A DNA stretch of 64,000 nucleotides from Patescibacteria group bacterium (GCA_040386275.1 JAZKFU010000002.1:16858-80857); one strand, 5' to 3'. Shown: positions 41,646 to 51,963, counted from the stretch's first letter. Translations and numbers: made by a program. Notes: generated from the sequence alone by a model not told the origin.

Positions 41646-42518
41646 ATGGTAAATCCAGCACAACGTATTGCCGAAATCGAAAGCGCTATGCTCGCGAATG
41701 ATTTTTGGCAGAACCCCGCCAAAGCTCAGGCGATGATTAAAGAACTGCAGGAACTAAAAGATACAGCTGATGGTAAAGGAAAATTTGATCGTAATAACGC
41801 GATTATGACTATTGTTGCCGGAGCCGGTGGGGACGATGCTGAAGATTTTGCGCGGATGCTCCGGGACATGTATCAAAAATATGCCGTTAGTCGCGGGTGG
41901 GGAGTGCTCGAAGTTGATAGTAACCAAAATGATAACGGTGGCTACCGTAACCTAACGCTCGAGATTCAAGGAAAAAATGCGTATGGAACGTTGCGTGTTG
42001 AATCAGGAGTTCATCGACTGGTGCGCATCTCGCCTTTTAATAGTAACGGTAAACGGCAAACCTCATTTGTCCTGATTGAAGTATCGCCACAAATTGAAGA
42101 TGTCTCTGCAGTAGCCATTCCCGATGAGGACATCGAAGTGACCTTTGCTCGTTCCGGTGGGGCTGGTGGGCAAAATGTTAATAAGCGAGAGACTGCAGTG
42201 CGGATGACACATATTCCCACAAATATTTCTGTTCACGTATCAACGGAACGTTCTCAGCAACAAAATCGAGAGTTAGCCTTGAAATTATTGGCAGGAAAAC
42301 TTTTTTCTTTTGAAGAAGCCCAACGTGCCCGTGAGCTTGCAGGGCTCTCAATAGAGAAGTCAGTTAAAATTGAATGGGGGAGTCAGATTCGTTCGTATGT
42401 TCTGCATCCGTATCAATTGGTCAAAGATCACCGTACCAATGTGGAAATACGTAACATATCTCCCATTTTAGAAGGTGATATACAGGTCTTCCTAGACGCG
42501 CACCCTCAGGTAGCGTAA
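41646..42518 (+). CDS. prfB: peptide chain release factor 2 (short N-terminal domain)
   Basis: [30 protein letters not shown]. Confidence 0.92.
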   Translation: MVNPAQRIAEIESAMLANDFWQNPAKAQAMIKELQELKDTADGKGKFDRNNAIMTIVAGAGGDDAEDFARMLRDMYQKYAVSRGWGVLEVDSNQNDNGGYRNLTLEIQGKNAYGTLRVESGVHRLVRISPFNSNGKRQTSFVLIEVSPQIEDVSAVAIPDEDIEVTFARSGGAGGQNVNKRETAVRMTHIPTNISVHVSTERSQQQNRELALKLLAGKLFSFEEAQRARELAGLSIEKSVKIEWGSQIRSYVLHPYQLVKDHRTNVEIRNISPILEGDIQVFLDAHPQVA

Positions 42519-42530
42519 AATGTGGTATCT

Positions 42531-43214
42531 ATGATTTACTTTGATAATGTTTCCAAGCTCTACAACGGCGGACGCTCGGCTGCAATCGAAGAAGTTACCT
42601 TTCAAATTGATCCCAAAGAGTTTGTGTCAATTGTAGGACATTCGGGAGCGGGTAAGTCTACGTTGCTTAAAATGATTATTGCCGAAGATAGACCTACCTC
42701 AGGTCAGGTATTTTTTGAATCCCTTGATATTCATAAGATTCCACGCACCCGATTGCCACACTACCGACGTAAAATTGGTACGGTGTTTCAAGACTTCAAA
42801 TTACTCCCTCACAAGACCGCCTACGAAAACATTGCCTTTGCGATGGAAGCTAACGGGCGGACCGATGAAGAAATTGCCGAAAACGTACCCCAAGCTCTTG
42901 CCTTGGTTGATCTTAGTGATAAAGCCTGGAATTTCCCTGGTGAACTATCAGGCGGTGAAAAACAAAGAGTGGCGATTGCCCGAGCGATTGTGAATCAGCC
43001 AGATATTATTATTGCGGATGAACCCACCGGAAATCTTGACCCCATTGCTACCTACGAAGTGGTGCAGATTCTACGCAAAATTAATGATCTCGGAACAACC
43101 GTTGTGATGACAACGCACAATAAAGGAGTGATTGATGAGTTAGGGAGACGCGTGATTACTATGGATGGTGGTCGGATTATGCGTGACGATCAAAATGGTA
43201 AATACGTCCTATAA
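42531..43214 (+). CDS. ftsE: cell division ATP-binding protein FtsE
   Basis: GHSGAGKST, VFQDFKLL, LSGGEKQRV; upstream of ftsX. Confidence 0.92.
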   Translation: MIYFDNVSKLYNGGRSAAIEEVTFQIDPKEFVSIVGHSGAGKSTLLKMIIAEDRPTSGQVFFESLDIHKIPRTRLPHYRRKIGTVFQDFKLLPHKTAYENIAFAMEANGRTDEEIAENVPQALALVDLSDKAWNFPGELSGGEKQRVAIARAIVNQPDIIIADEPTGNLDPIATYEVVQILRKINDLGTTVVMTTHNKGVIDELGRRVITMDGGRIMRDDQNGKYVL

Positions 43215-43223
43215 TATATTGAT

Positions 43224-44126
43224 ATGGTAACAAGCTTGAGAAGAATATTTAAAGCGGGGTTTGTAGGGTTTTGGCGCAATGCCTACGTTTCTCTGGCATC
43301 TATTTTTGTGATCACCGTCGCGTTATTTGTGATTGGTTCAACCATGCTGATTGACCAACTCCTCGGGGCTTCACTCGCCCAGCTCCAAGCTAAAGTTGAT
43401 ATTAACGTCTATTTCGTTCCATCAGCTCCGCAGGAAGAAATTGATACCTTAATAAATTCCGTTAAAGCCTTACCTGACGTAGAGCGCGTAACCTACACCT
43501 CACGTGATGATGCCTTGGCTGAGTACCGAGCTAAAAATCAAAATGACAGCGTCGCTATGCAGGCGCTTGATGAACTGCGTGAGAATCCATTAGGAGCGAC
43601 TATTGCGGTACAAGCTAAAGAGACCTCACAGTACGAAAATATCAACCGCTATCTTGAAGAGCAAAAGAATCCGATTATTGATGAAATCAACTACACGAAA
43701 AACAAAGAATCAATTGGAAAATTAAGTTCTATTATTGGAGCAGTTGAACAAGCCAGTTTTGTAGCCTTGATGGTCTTGATTATGGCCTCAGTGTTGATTA
43801 CGTTTAACACCATTCGGTTGGCTATCTTTACCGCCAAAGAAGAAATTTCCGTCATGCGATTGGTAGGGGCAAGTAATATGTATATTCGTGGTCCGTTTAT
43901 GTTGCAAGGAGTAATGTACGGTGTCGTATCAGGAGTAATAGCGCTCGCTATCTTGTACCCGATTGTATTGTGGCTTGGTCCTAAAACAGCAGAATTCTTT
44001 GAGATAAATATCTTTGATTACTTTGTTAACAATTTTGCCTATATCTTCTTAGTGCTCGTAGGAATTGGTGTTACCTTGGGATTGGTCTCAAGTGTACTCG
44101 CCATTACCCGTTATCTTCGCGTTTAA
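43224..44126 (+). CDS. ftsX: cell division permease FtsX
   Basis: NTIRLAI, EISVMRLVGA, IRGPF. Confidence 0.9.
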   Translation: MVTSLRRIFKAGFVGFWRNAYVSLASIFVITVALFVIGSTMLIDQLLGASLAQLQAKVDINVYFVPSAPQEEIDTLINSVKALPDVERVTYTSRDDALAEYRAKNQNDSVAMQALDELRENPLGATIAVQAKETSQYENINRYLEEQKNPIIDEINYTKNKESIGKLSSIIGAVEQASFVALMVLIMASVLITFNTIRLAIFTAKEEISVMRLVGASNMYIRGPFMLQGVMYGVVSGVIALAILYPIVLWLGPKTAEFFEINIFDYFVNNFAYIFLVLVGIGVTLGLVSSVLAITRYLRV

Positions 44127-44128
44127 GT

Positions 44129-45820
44129 ATGTCCAAAAAAACCTCACTACCTGTCAAGAAAAAATCTCTCACTGACACGGTAGCTTCCACCCCCAAATAT
44201 ATATTTGTGGTCGGTGGTGTAATGAGTGGAGTGGGCAAAGGGATTACCTCTTCGTCTATTGCACTCATTTTACAATCACGTGGCCTTACTGTCACCGCCC
44301 TTAAAGTTGATCCGTACATCAATGTGGATGCTGGTACCATGAACCCCACCGAACACGGTGAGTGTTTTGTACTTAATGATGGTTTAGAAACTGATCAAGA
44401 CATGGGTAACTACGAACGTTTTTTAAATGTAGATTTACCGAGTATTAACTACATGACGACCGGTAGTGTCTACCAGTCGGTAATTCAAAAAGAACGTAAC
44501 CTCGAGTACAAAGGTAAGACAGTGGAAGTAGTGCCGGATATCCCCCTAGAAGTAATTTCTCGCATCAAAAAAGCCTCCGCCCAAGCCCAGGCTGACGTCA
44601 CGTTAATTGAAGTGGGAGGAACGGTGGGTGAATACCAAAACGTATTGTTTTTGGAAGCGATTCGAATGATGAAAGGAGAGACGCCTGACGATATAGCGGT
44701 CGTGATGGTGAGCTACTTACCGGTGCCGGGTAGTATTGGAGAAATGAAAACCAAGCCTACCCAAACAGCGGTGCGGACTTTAAATAACGCGGGAGTATTT
44801 GCAGATGTCATTATCGCCCGTTCGCCAGTAGGGGTTGATGTAAAACGGAAAGAAAAAATCTCTCGGTTCTGTAACGTAAAGATGGAGAATGTTATTTCTG
44901 CGCCTGACGTGCCGAGTATTTACGATATCCCGCTTAACTTTGAAAAGGACAATCTTTCTACTCGCTTGTGTGATTTATTGAAAATTGGGAAATGTAAACC
45001 AACTGATCTTAAGGCCTGGAAACAATTTGTCGCGCATAGTAAAAATGGTAAAGACACAGTTAAAATTGCTGTGGTTGGTAAATATCTCACGTCAGGGGAC
45101 TTTGTGTTATCAGACGTCTATATTTCAGTAATTGAAGCCATAAAATATTCCACCTATAAACTCGGTCTAAAACCAATTATCGAATACCGGTCATCACTTG
45201 AGTTTGAAGATGGTAAAAAATTAGCTGATCTTAAAAAGTATGATGGAGTGCTGGTACCGGGAGGATTTGGTAAAACAGGCGTAGAAGGCAAGTTGCGGGT
45301 GATTGAGTATGTACGAAAAAACAACATACCGTATTTCGGAATTTGTTACGGTATGCAGTTGGCTGTCCTAGAATACGCCCGTAATATACTAAAGTTAAAA
45401 GACGCCAGTACCGAAGAAATTAATCCTAAAGCCACGGACTTAGTGGTCGGTATTATGCCCGAACAACGTGAAAATATTGCCCGGTCAGATATGGGTGGAA
45501 CGATGCGGCTCGGTGCCTACACCGCGCGACTAACGCCAAAATCCCAAGCCGCGCTCGCCTATAAAACTTCCGAAATCACCGAACGCCACCGCCATCGGTA
45601 CGAAATTAATCCGGACTACGTAGAGCGATTAGAAACGGCCGGTATGGTGTTTTCGGGAAAGTCTTCAGACAAACGATTGATGGAAATTGTCGAACTTCCA
45701 AAAACAGTCCACCCATTTTTCGTAGCTACTCAGTTTCATCCGGAATTAATCGCCCGTCCTCTCAGGCCGCACCCCCTCTTCACGGCGTTTGTTAAGAGTT
45801 CATATGAATCAAAGAAGTAA
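44129..45820 (+). CDS. pyrG: CTP synthase
   Basis: GGVMSGVGKG, DPYINVDAGTMNP, KTKPTQ, GICYGMQ, QFHPE. Confidence 0.97.
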   Translation: MSKKTSLPVKKKSLTDTVASTPKYIFVVGGVMSGVGKGITSSSIALILQSRGLTVTALKVDPYINVDAGTMNPTEHGECFVLNDGLETDQDMGNYERFLNVDLPSINYMTTGSVYQSVIQKERNLEYKGKTVEVVPDIPLEVISRIKKASAQAQADVTLIEVGGTVGEYQNVLFLEAIRMMKGETPDDIAVVMVSYLPVPGSIGEMKTKPTQTAVRTLNNAGVFADVIIARSPVGVDVKRKEKISRFCNVKMENVISAPDVPSIYDIPLNFEKDNLSTRLCDLLKIGKCKPTDLKAWKQFVAHSKNGKDTVKIAVVGKYLTSGDFVLSDVYISVIEAIKYSTYKLGLKPIIEYRSSLEFEDGKKLADLKKYDGVLVPGGFGKTGVEGKLRVIEYVRKNNIPYFGICYGMQLAVLEYARNILKLKDASTEEINPKATDLVVGIMPEQRENIARSDMGGTMRLGAYTARLTPKSQAALAYKTSEITERHRHRYEINPDYVERLETAGMVFSGKSSDKRLMEIVELPKTVHPFFVATQFHPELIARPLRPHPLFTAFVKSSYESKK

Positions 45821-45859
45821 ATCAAGTATACTTAATTAATTACCTTTAAATTTTAAAAT

Positions 45860-46150
45860 ATGCATCAAGGAAATTGGACCTGTAGTACCTGCGGGGGAGC
45901 GATTACGCAACTACCGTTTGAACCCCGAAGCAACAGTGGCTTAACCTGTAGTGCTTGTTTTGCTAAAAGCCGGAATACCTCTGCTCCTACTGAAGGAGAA
46001 TCCTCAGACACTCCCGCTGGAGAAAAACCAAAAGTAGCCGGCAGTTGGACGTGCAGTGGTTGCGGCGCTCCCATCACGAGCCTCCCCTTCACCCCAAGAG
46101 ACACCTCAAACCTAAAGTGCCTAGACTGTTTCAAAAAAAGCAAAGCCTAG
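45860..46150 (+). CDS. tandem CxxC-x17-CxxC zinc-binding protein
   Basis: Two repeats W.CS.CG..IT.LPF.PR....L.C..CF. Confidence 0.8.
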   Translation: MHQGNWTCSTCGGAITQLPFEPRSNSGLTCSACFAKSRNTSAPTEGESSDTPAGEKPKVAGSWTCSGCGAPITSLPFTPRDTSNLKCLDCFKKSKA

Positions 46151-46167
46151 CCCGTTTACAGAACCGG

Positions 46168-46196
46168 TTGAACAAATCCCCAAAATAAGCTACTAT
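46168..46196 (+). promoter_or_regulatory. promoter upstream of the tRNA-Gln locus
   Basis: TTGAAC-17 nt-TACTAT. Confidence 0.55.
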
Positions 46197-46287
46197 TGCC
46201 CAGCAACAACGAGCCGTTAGCGGCTAGGCTTTGATGTCCAATCGTTGGGTGGAGGGGCGGGCGCTCTTGCCCCTTCACTGCAAATTT

Positions 46288-46446
46288 TGCCTGATCGTCT
46301 AATGGTAAGCAAAGCTTTCTTGAACGGCACTCAGACAATACATACAAGCAAGCTTTAATGTAAGTCTTCGTTTGTTCAAGTAGGACTCTGGTTTTTGGTA
46401 CCAGCTATTGAGGAAAGAATTCTAAGAATTCGAGTCTCATAGGAAA
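46288..46446 (+). pseudogene. interrupted tandem copy of tRNA-Gln
   Basis: 46288-46307 and 46380-46410 identical to the intact tRNA; 75-nt insert in D loop, 15-nt insert before T loop. Confidence 0.8.
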
Positions 46447-46456
46447 CTAAATTAAT

Positions 46457-46527
46457 TGCCTGATCGTCTAATGGTAGGACTCTGGTTTTTGGTACCAGCT
46501 ATTGGGGTTCGAGTCCCTGTCAGGCAG
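46457..46527 (+). tRNA. tRNA-Gln (TTG)
   Basis: tgcctga/tcaggca (U1-A72), ctggt-tt TTG gt-accag. Confidence 0.92.
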
Positions 46528-46763
46528 CGAGTAGAAAAGACATCCCTCGGGATGTTTTTTCGTATCGCTGCCTGACAGGCGCAGCTTTCTGAAAGAAAGC
46601 GTCTGCGCGGACTCGAAAAGGTTGCCAGCTATTTTGAAAAAATAGCGACTGATAATTGAATGAGTGAAATGAAAATTTATTTTCATTTCCGAGTGAATGC
46701 AATCAGGAAGCTTTGCTTACAACCTGTACTGAAGCTGTAAGCTTCGAGTCCCTGTCAGGCAGC
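46528..46763 (+). repeat. tRNA-anchored module E
   Basis: Hairpin 46534-46561, split inverted copy 46565-46617, direct copy 46743-46763. Confidence 0.9.
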
Positions 46764-46836
46764 AAAATATTGACAATAAAATTTATTATTGTATTATCAA
46801 ATTTAAATAGCTCATTAAATCTTAGAGGAGGTGCTA

Positions 46837-47448
46837 ATGACACGTTCAACTATTGCCCGGATCAATGCGATCTGGGGTCTGCTGGGTGGAGATGAGGTTG
46901 TTGACCAAATTCTTTCTGGGAAGAAGGTGGTGCGGGTTGAAAATTCATACATCAGCTCTGATTCTCAACAGGCACAGCTTCCCAAGCACCAAATCAACAC
47001 CCAGGAGTTCTATGCTCAGCAGGGATGGTTGAATGTAAGGTCAGATTTGAAAGAGTTGCTAAATACTGGGTTGCTCGGTTCCAATGTAATGGTTGAAAGT
47101 ACAGCATTCCATTATCTTGACCTTAATGAGCCAAAAACAGGTCATCAGATTTTAGAACATATTTCTCCGAAGGGTGTGTTTAGAAATCCAGTGAACTTCT
47201 TTGCGTACTTATCAATACTGATCAGTGCGCAGCGCATGTTTCCTCTCCAGGAAGTTTTGGCAGATGAAGGTTTAGCAAGTATCTTTTTTGTTCATCATAA
47301 TGGTGTCGAGTACGCAGTCGTTGCTTATGTTGGAGACTCCAATCATGTGGATGAATTGACAGAATGCAACCTCGAGTGGAATTGTACCCTCTACGATCTT
47401 GGGGAAGAGTTTGGTGTCGGAGACAGAGTTTTTTATCAGACTCACTGA
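46837..47448 (+). CDS. hypothetical protein
   Basis: GAGGAGG SD; TTGACA promoter immediately after module E. Confidence 0.65.
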   Translation: MTRSTIARINAIWGLLGGDEVVDQILSGKKVVRVENSYISSDSQQAQLPKHQINTQEFYAQQGWLNVRSDLKELLNTGLLGSNVMVESTAFHYLDLNEPKTGHQILEHISPKGVFRNPVNFFAYLSILISAQRMFPLQEVLADEGLASIFFVHHNGVEYAVVAYVGDSNHVDELTECNLEWNCTLYDLGEEFGVGDRVFYQTH

Positions 47449-47606
47449 GCGGCATTTAAGCTCACAGGAACAGGCCACGGCCAGATTTCTGTGGGCTGTT
47501 TTTGTGTATAAGTTCTAACATTGTCCCATACAGCCAGCACAATAAGTAATTTGTCCAATATTACGCCTTAGTGTAGGGGAAAATAAGACCGGGTCACGAT
47601 TGCGTC

Positions 47607-48407
47607 ATGGTACCATCAGTTCACATGAATTCCTCAAGTATAACCTTACCTACTACCATTGATGAAGTGATTGCGCATTTAGATGCTATCGTATTAACGT
47701 GTGAAGCTACGGGTTGTCGGATGGGTTATTTCCCCGCAATGTACAATCGGGTCACGAGACAAGTTAAGCAGCGCATCCTCGAAGGGTCTTTTGAAGATAA
47801 CGAACGCATGGAGCGGTTTGATGTTATTTTTGCTAACCGGTACTTAGTCGCGTACTATGCGTACGCCCAAAATAAGCCGTGTTCTGAATCGTGGAAAATA
47901 ACGTTTGAGGCGTCTAAAAAATGGAGCCCAATGGTGATTCAGCATTTGATTGCCAGTATGAATGCACACATTTGTTTAGATCTGGGTATATCAGCGGCAG
48001 AAACCGAAACACACAATTTACTGTCACTAAAAAATGACTTTGATCAGGTTAATGACATATTAGATTCACTGATTGAAGAAGTTGAAGCAGAACTTCGAGA
48101 AATATTTCATCCACTGACAACCTTTGATAAAATAACGGGAAACTCATATTGGCCCATTGCTCATCTGGGCATTATCAAATCTCGTACTGATGCTTGGCAT
48201 GTAGCTGAAGCATACGCCCAACTACAAACAGATAAAGAACGACAAATATTCATTCAGTTGCGTGATCATCACGTGGCGGTGATTGGAAAGAGGATTCTGC
48301 AACCGCCTAAACTGGTACGACTGCTGGTCGGAAAGGTGCGTGATTTTGAGAAAGGTACGGTTGCGGATAAAGTACACATTATGAATCGGAAAATTGTTCG
48401 CAACTAA
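47607..48407 (+). CDS. DUF5995-like hypothetical protein
   Basis: GYF..MY.RVT, FDVIFANRYL, MNAHI.LDL, DFDQVN. Confidence 0.7.
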   Translation: MVPSVHMNSSSITLPTTIDEVIAHLDAIVLTCEATGCRMGYFPAMYNRVTRQVKQRILEGSFEDNERMERFDVIFANRYLVAYYAYAQNKPCSESWKITFEASKKWSPMVIQHLIASMNAHICLDLGISAAETETHNLLSLKNDFDQVNDILDSLIEEVEAELREIFHPLTTFDKITGNSYWPIAHLGIIKSRTDAWHVAEAYAQLQTDKERQIFIQLRDHHVAVIGKRILQPPKLVRLLVGKVRDFEKGTVADKVHIMNRKIVRN

Positions 48408-48517
48408 CGTGCGTTCTTAAAGGGGAGAGAGGGTTGGTGGGAAATGACAAGAGTATATCCTAATACCATACAGAGTTGTTTTCGTTATAGTAGCCATACT
48501 GTGCTACTATAAAAAAT

Positions 48518-48949
48518 ATGAAAAAGATTATTGTAATTATTATCGGAATCCTAGTTTTGCTCGGTGGTTACTATGCCTATATATACTGGGCTTTAGGAAA
48601 TGATAGTGTCTCTCATACCAATCAAGACACGAGTGTGAAGTTTGATTATTTAGAAGGACTTGAACCGGAAGTGTATAAAACAGTTGATGCTCAAACTGGT
48701 GGCGTGTGGGATAAAAAACTCACTCTTACTGCCATTGAAGTGTCACAAAATGCGGCGTACGGCACTTGGATAGCCAATGACGCGTGGACTTGGATTGCCT
48801 GGAAGGGGACTGGTCAGCAATGGAAGACCCTTGTAAGTTTAGACGGGTTTGATTGCGAAGCATTACAAACAGTCCCGACAGAATACTCAGACTTTTTTTA
48901 CGACAGTACTCATGTAAATGGAGAGCAGTATTGTTATACTCATGAATAG
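48518..48949 (+). CDS. membrane-anchored hypothetical protein
   Basis: N-terminal TM; extended -10 box upstream. Confidence 0.65.
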   Translation: MKKIIVIIIGILVLLGGYYAYIYWALGNDSVSHTNQDTSVKFDYLEGLEPEVYKTVDAQTGGVWDKKLTLTAIEVSQNAAYGTWIANDAWTWIAWKGTGQQWKTLVSLDGFDCEALQTVPTEYSDFFYDSTHVNGEQYCYTHE

Positions 48950-49048
48950 AAACTGTTTCTACTAAAGAAAGGGAAGAGATACCACATCAAAATCTATACA
49001 AAAACAACCGCCTGCTAGGCGGTTGTTTTTTTAATGCTTAAAGGAAAA

Positions 49049-49597
49049 CTATTTCACACTTTTCCAGTACATCTGTTCTTTGAGGAGTATCATCACTTCT
49101 TTGAGTATATCCATGATGGTGGTAGAGATTTGGTTGATGCGATCTGTTTTATTGAACGGAATAACCTCGCCGACAATTTCTTTGTCTTTCAGTTGTTTTT
49201 TAATCTCGGGCATTAGGTTGCTATCAAGATCAAGACGTTGGGTGACTTGGTACTTACCGTTATGGTCGCGGGTGGCAATATAGACACTCTCGGTGTTATT
49301 ACCTTTGGGCCCACTGTTACACAGGTACCCCCAGTTTTCGTGTTTTGGGTGATAGACCATAACCTTGCCTTCAACGTAGCCTTGATAGGCAGTATTCACC
49401 GTTAATGCTTCGGCAGTGTATTCTGGGGTTTCAATCGTACTGTCAGTTTTGGCAACAAAAATGACAGTCTCTTCATTACCGATGACGCTATTAATGTACA
49501 TGTCAGTTGGGAGGCAACTCAGGGCGTGGGCTGGGCCTGAAGAAACACTAAAGACCATTAGCACAAATAAAGGAATTATAAATAAGGCTTTTTTCAT
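49049..49597 (-). CDS. secreted hypothetical protein, possibly TIMP/NTR-like
   Basis: Signal peptide ending AHA, then LSC.P; later Cys in YLCNSG. Confidence 0.55.
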   Translation of the reverse strand: MKKALFIIPLFVLMVFSVSSGPAHALSCLPTDMYINSVIGNEETVIFVAKTDSTIETPEYTAEALTVNTAYQGYVEGKVMVYHPKHENWGYLCNSGPKGNNTESVYIATRDHNGKYQVTQRLDLDSNLMPEIKKQLKDKEIVGEVIPFNKTDRINQISTTIMDILKEVMILLKEQMYWKSVK

Positions 49598-49752
49598 ATT
49601 AAAATCTAAACTTGATAAATTTGGATACAATATAGACGACCGAAATCTAGAGGTCTTACGCTTTATATTCAAATAAAGATAAGTATGCAACAGGACTGCA
49701 ACTTCAGAGGCTAGCGATTGGTTCTATAAGGATAATAAGGTAAACATATTCT

Positions 49753-49932
49753 ATGAAAATTATAAAAATACTCACGGCGATTGTATTGATGGCGTTGGGG
49801 GTCAAGATGGTGATGTTTGGAGAAATGGATGATAGTCCGGGTGCTCAAATGATCGGTTTGTTAATGGTCGTAGCGGGGATATACGTGATTATAAAAACCG
49901 TGCGAAAAAAATTACCGGCACCTCAAAAATAA
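49753..49932 (+). CDS. 59-aa two-TM membrane protein (below ORF-track cutoff)
   Basis: MKIIKILTAIVLMALGVKMVMFGEMDDSPGAQMIGLLMVVAGIYVIIKTVRKKLPAPQK. Confidence 0.65.
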   Translation: MKIIKILTAIVLMALGVKMVMFGEMDDSPGAQMIGLLMVVAGIYVIIKTVRKKLPAPQK

Positions 49933-49972
49933 TACAATATCCTAGACTGGTAAAATTATATATAATGAAAGA

Positions 49973-51082
49973 ATGGATGGATCAAAAATTTTACGCATCG
50001 GTGTTTTAGGTGTGCTCATGGTGGTGGGTGTGTACGTGCTGTACATTACTCAGACCACTGGTCAGTCAAATTCTTTTAGCGTGAGTGGTGAGGCTGGCTT
50101 TGAGTCAGAGCCGACCACTCAGGATATAACCGCACTACGTATTGGCAAAGGGCAAAATTACACACTTGATGAGTTGCACACGTATACACGCGAGCCTGGA
50201 CCATGGCGGGTTGGGTTACAAACCGGTCATTTAGATAATGCGGTGATGCCTGAGGAGCTACAAAATCTCGAAGGGAATACAGGAGCTTCATATAGAGATT
50301 TGGAGGAACAAGAAGTGATGGTAGAAATTGTGAACCGCACGGCTCAGAAATTAGAAGCTAGAGGTGTAATTGTTGATCTGTTGCCGGCCACGGTTCCGAA
50401 AGGTTATAAGGCGGATGCCTTTGTTTCCGTGCATGCTGATGGTAATAAAAACACAAATATCAATGGTTTTAAAATCGCTGGTCCACGAATTGATTTTTCG
50501 GGTCGAGCACACGTGCTTAGCAATGCTCTGTACGCTTCATACGAACAAGCTACGGGGTTATCCAAAGATACTTCTATCACCGGTGGTATGACGGCGTACT
50601 ATGCGTTTAACTGGCCTCGGTATGAACATACCGTACATCCACATACTCCGTCGGTAATTGTCGAGACCGGTTTCTTAACGAGTCCTATTGACCGAGCGGT
50701 GATTGTAGATAATCCAGAACAAGCAGCGATTGGTATTAGTGATGGCATTTGGGCTTTTTTACAAGATACAAATTCATACCCTATACCGCAGATTGTAGTA
50801 CCAACCCTTCCGGTAACGGGAGAAGTAGTGTGTGCGCCCTTACGGGCCGAACGACGTGCCAGTTCTCGTATCTACGATTGTCTCCCCAGTATCGCGAGTA
50901 AGGAGGGATTGTATGTGGCCTTATATGGAGTGGGCAGTACTTCACCCCTAGTAGGGCAAACGATAACGGCTCAGGGCAACTATATGCCGGCGCAAATGTT
51001 AGAGAGCTATCTTTGGTTCCCGTACGAGGTGGTAGGGACAGTAATGGATCCTGCATACATTGAATCGGTACCAATTCAGTAA
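49973..51082 (+). CDS. N-acetylmuramoyl-L-alanine amidase (Amidase_3)
   Basis: LQTGH, E, FVSVHAD, PSVIVETGFLT. Confidence 0.85.
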   Translation: MDGSKILRIGVLGVLMVVGVYVLYITQTTGQSNSFSVSGEAGFESEPTTQDITALRIGKGQNYTLDELHTYTREPGPWRVGLQTGHLDNAVMPEELQNLEGNTGASYRDLEEQEVMVEIVNRTAQKLEARGVIVDLLPATVPKGYKADAFVSVHADGNKNTNINGFKIAGPRIDFSGRAHVLSNALYASYEQATGLSKDTSITGGMTAYYAFNWPRYEHTVHPHTPSVIVETGFLTSPIDRAVIVDNPEQAAIGISDGIWAFLQDTNSYPIPQIVVPTLPVTGEVVCAPLRAERRASSRIYDCLPSIASKEGLYVALYGVGSTSPLVGQTITAQGNYMPAQMLESYLWFPYEVVGTVMDPAYIESVPIQ

Positions 51083-51125
51083 TTTAATAATAGGTACTTG
51101 CTTCGTTCCGTATTAAAATAGAAGT

Positions 51126-51740
51126 ATGAAAACATTTTTTATTAAGTTCGTCGTACTGCTCGTGGTAGTTGGAGGGATTGCCTGGTTTGGGTGGTACACA
51201 TTTATGTCGAAGCCCTCATTACGGTTTGGTACCGACCGGGCAGCAGTGATTACACAAATGCAATCATTGTCACGACTAGAGACTGCCTCGTTTACTATTG
51301 ATAAAATTATCGAAGCGGGTACTGACTATAATTCTCTTAATCAAATTTTATTTGGCGATAAGTTACTACTGATTGCCCACGGAGAAGTAATTGCGGGGTA
51401 TGATTTATCAAAACTCACTCCCGAAGATTTTAGTGGTGCAGGAAAGTCTATTGCAGTAACGTTGCCACCACCAGAAATATTTACCGTCCGATTAGATAAT
51501 GAAAAAACTCGAGTCTTTGATCGCGATCAAGGATTTCTCACTAAAGGTAATCTCAACCTTGAAGCGGAAGCTCGGCAACAGGCAGAACAGAGTATCAGGC
51601 AAGCGGCGTGTGAGGGTGATATTTTAGGAACTGCGGAGAAAAATGTAAAGAGTCAACTGGAGATTATTTTTAAAGCTGCAGGATTTACCGAGGTTACCAT
51701 CATGCCGGCCAATGATGATGTTACACTGGCATGTTCATAA
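51126..51740 (+). CDS. DUF4230 family protein
   Basis: LET, AHGEVIAGYDL, LPPPEI, A...GDIL..AE.N. Confidence 0.75.
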   Translation: MKTFFIKFVVLLVVVGGIAWFGWYTFMSKPSLRFGTDRAAVITQMQSLSRLETASFTIDKIIEAGTDYNSLNQILFGDKLLLIAHGEVIAGYDLSKLTPEDFSGAGKSIAVTLPPPEIFTVRLDNEKTRVFDRDQGFLTKGNLNLEAEARQQAEQSIRQAACEGDILGTAEKNVKSQLEIIFKAAGFTEVTIMPANDDVTLACS

Positions 51741-51777
51741 AGATAGTTTAGAAATTTAGTTATTATTTAGTACAACT

Positions 51778-51963
51778 GTGAATAAAAAATATATAATTGT
51801 TTTAGTTTTGTTTTCGCTACTAACTTCACGATTCATTTTCTCGTTGATTGATGATCCAGAAGGACCCAACCTACTTATAGTGGTGGTGCTTGCAACGATA
51901 CTATTTTTCTTCTTTGTGATGGTGTACAGAGGTATTGGGTGGCTGAGAAAGAAACAAAAATAA
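51778..51963 (+). CDS. small two-TM membrane protein
   Basis: SR.IF..IDDPEGPNLLIV between hydrophobic helices; overlaps the end of the convergent PAP2 gene. Confidence 0.5.
   Translation: MNKKYIIVLVLFSLLTSRFIFSLIDDPEGPNLLIVVVLATILFFFFVMVYRGIGWLRKKQK

Noticed and set aside
46156-46895. Short ORFs around tRNA-Gln, and likewise ORFs 41250-41576 and 41312-41506 near tRNA-Thr
   Set aside because: They overlap tRNA genes, modules or a better-supported opposite-strand gene.
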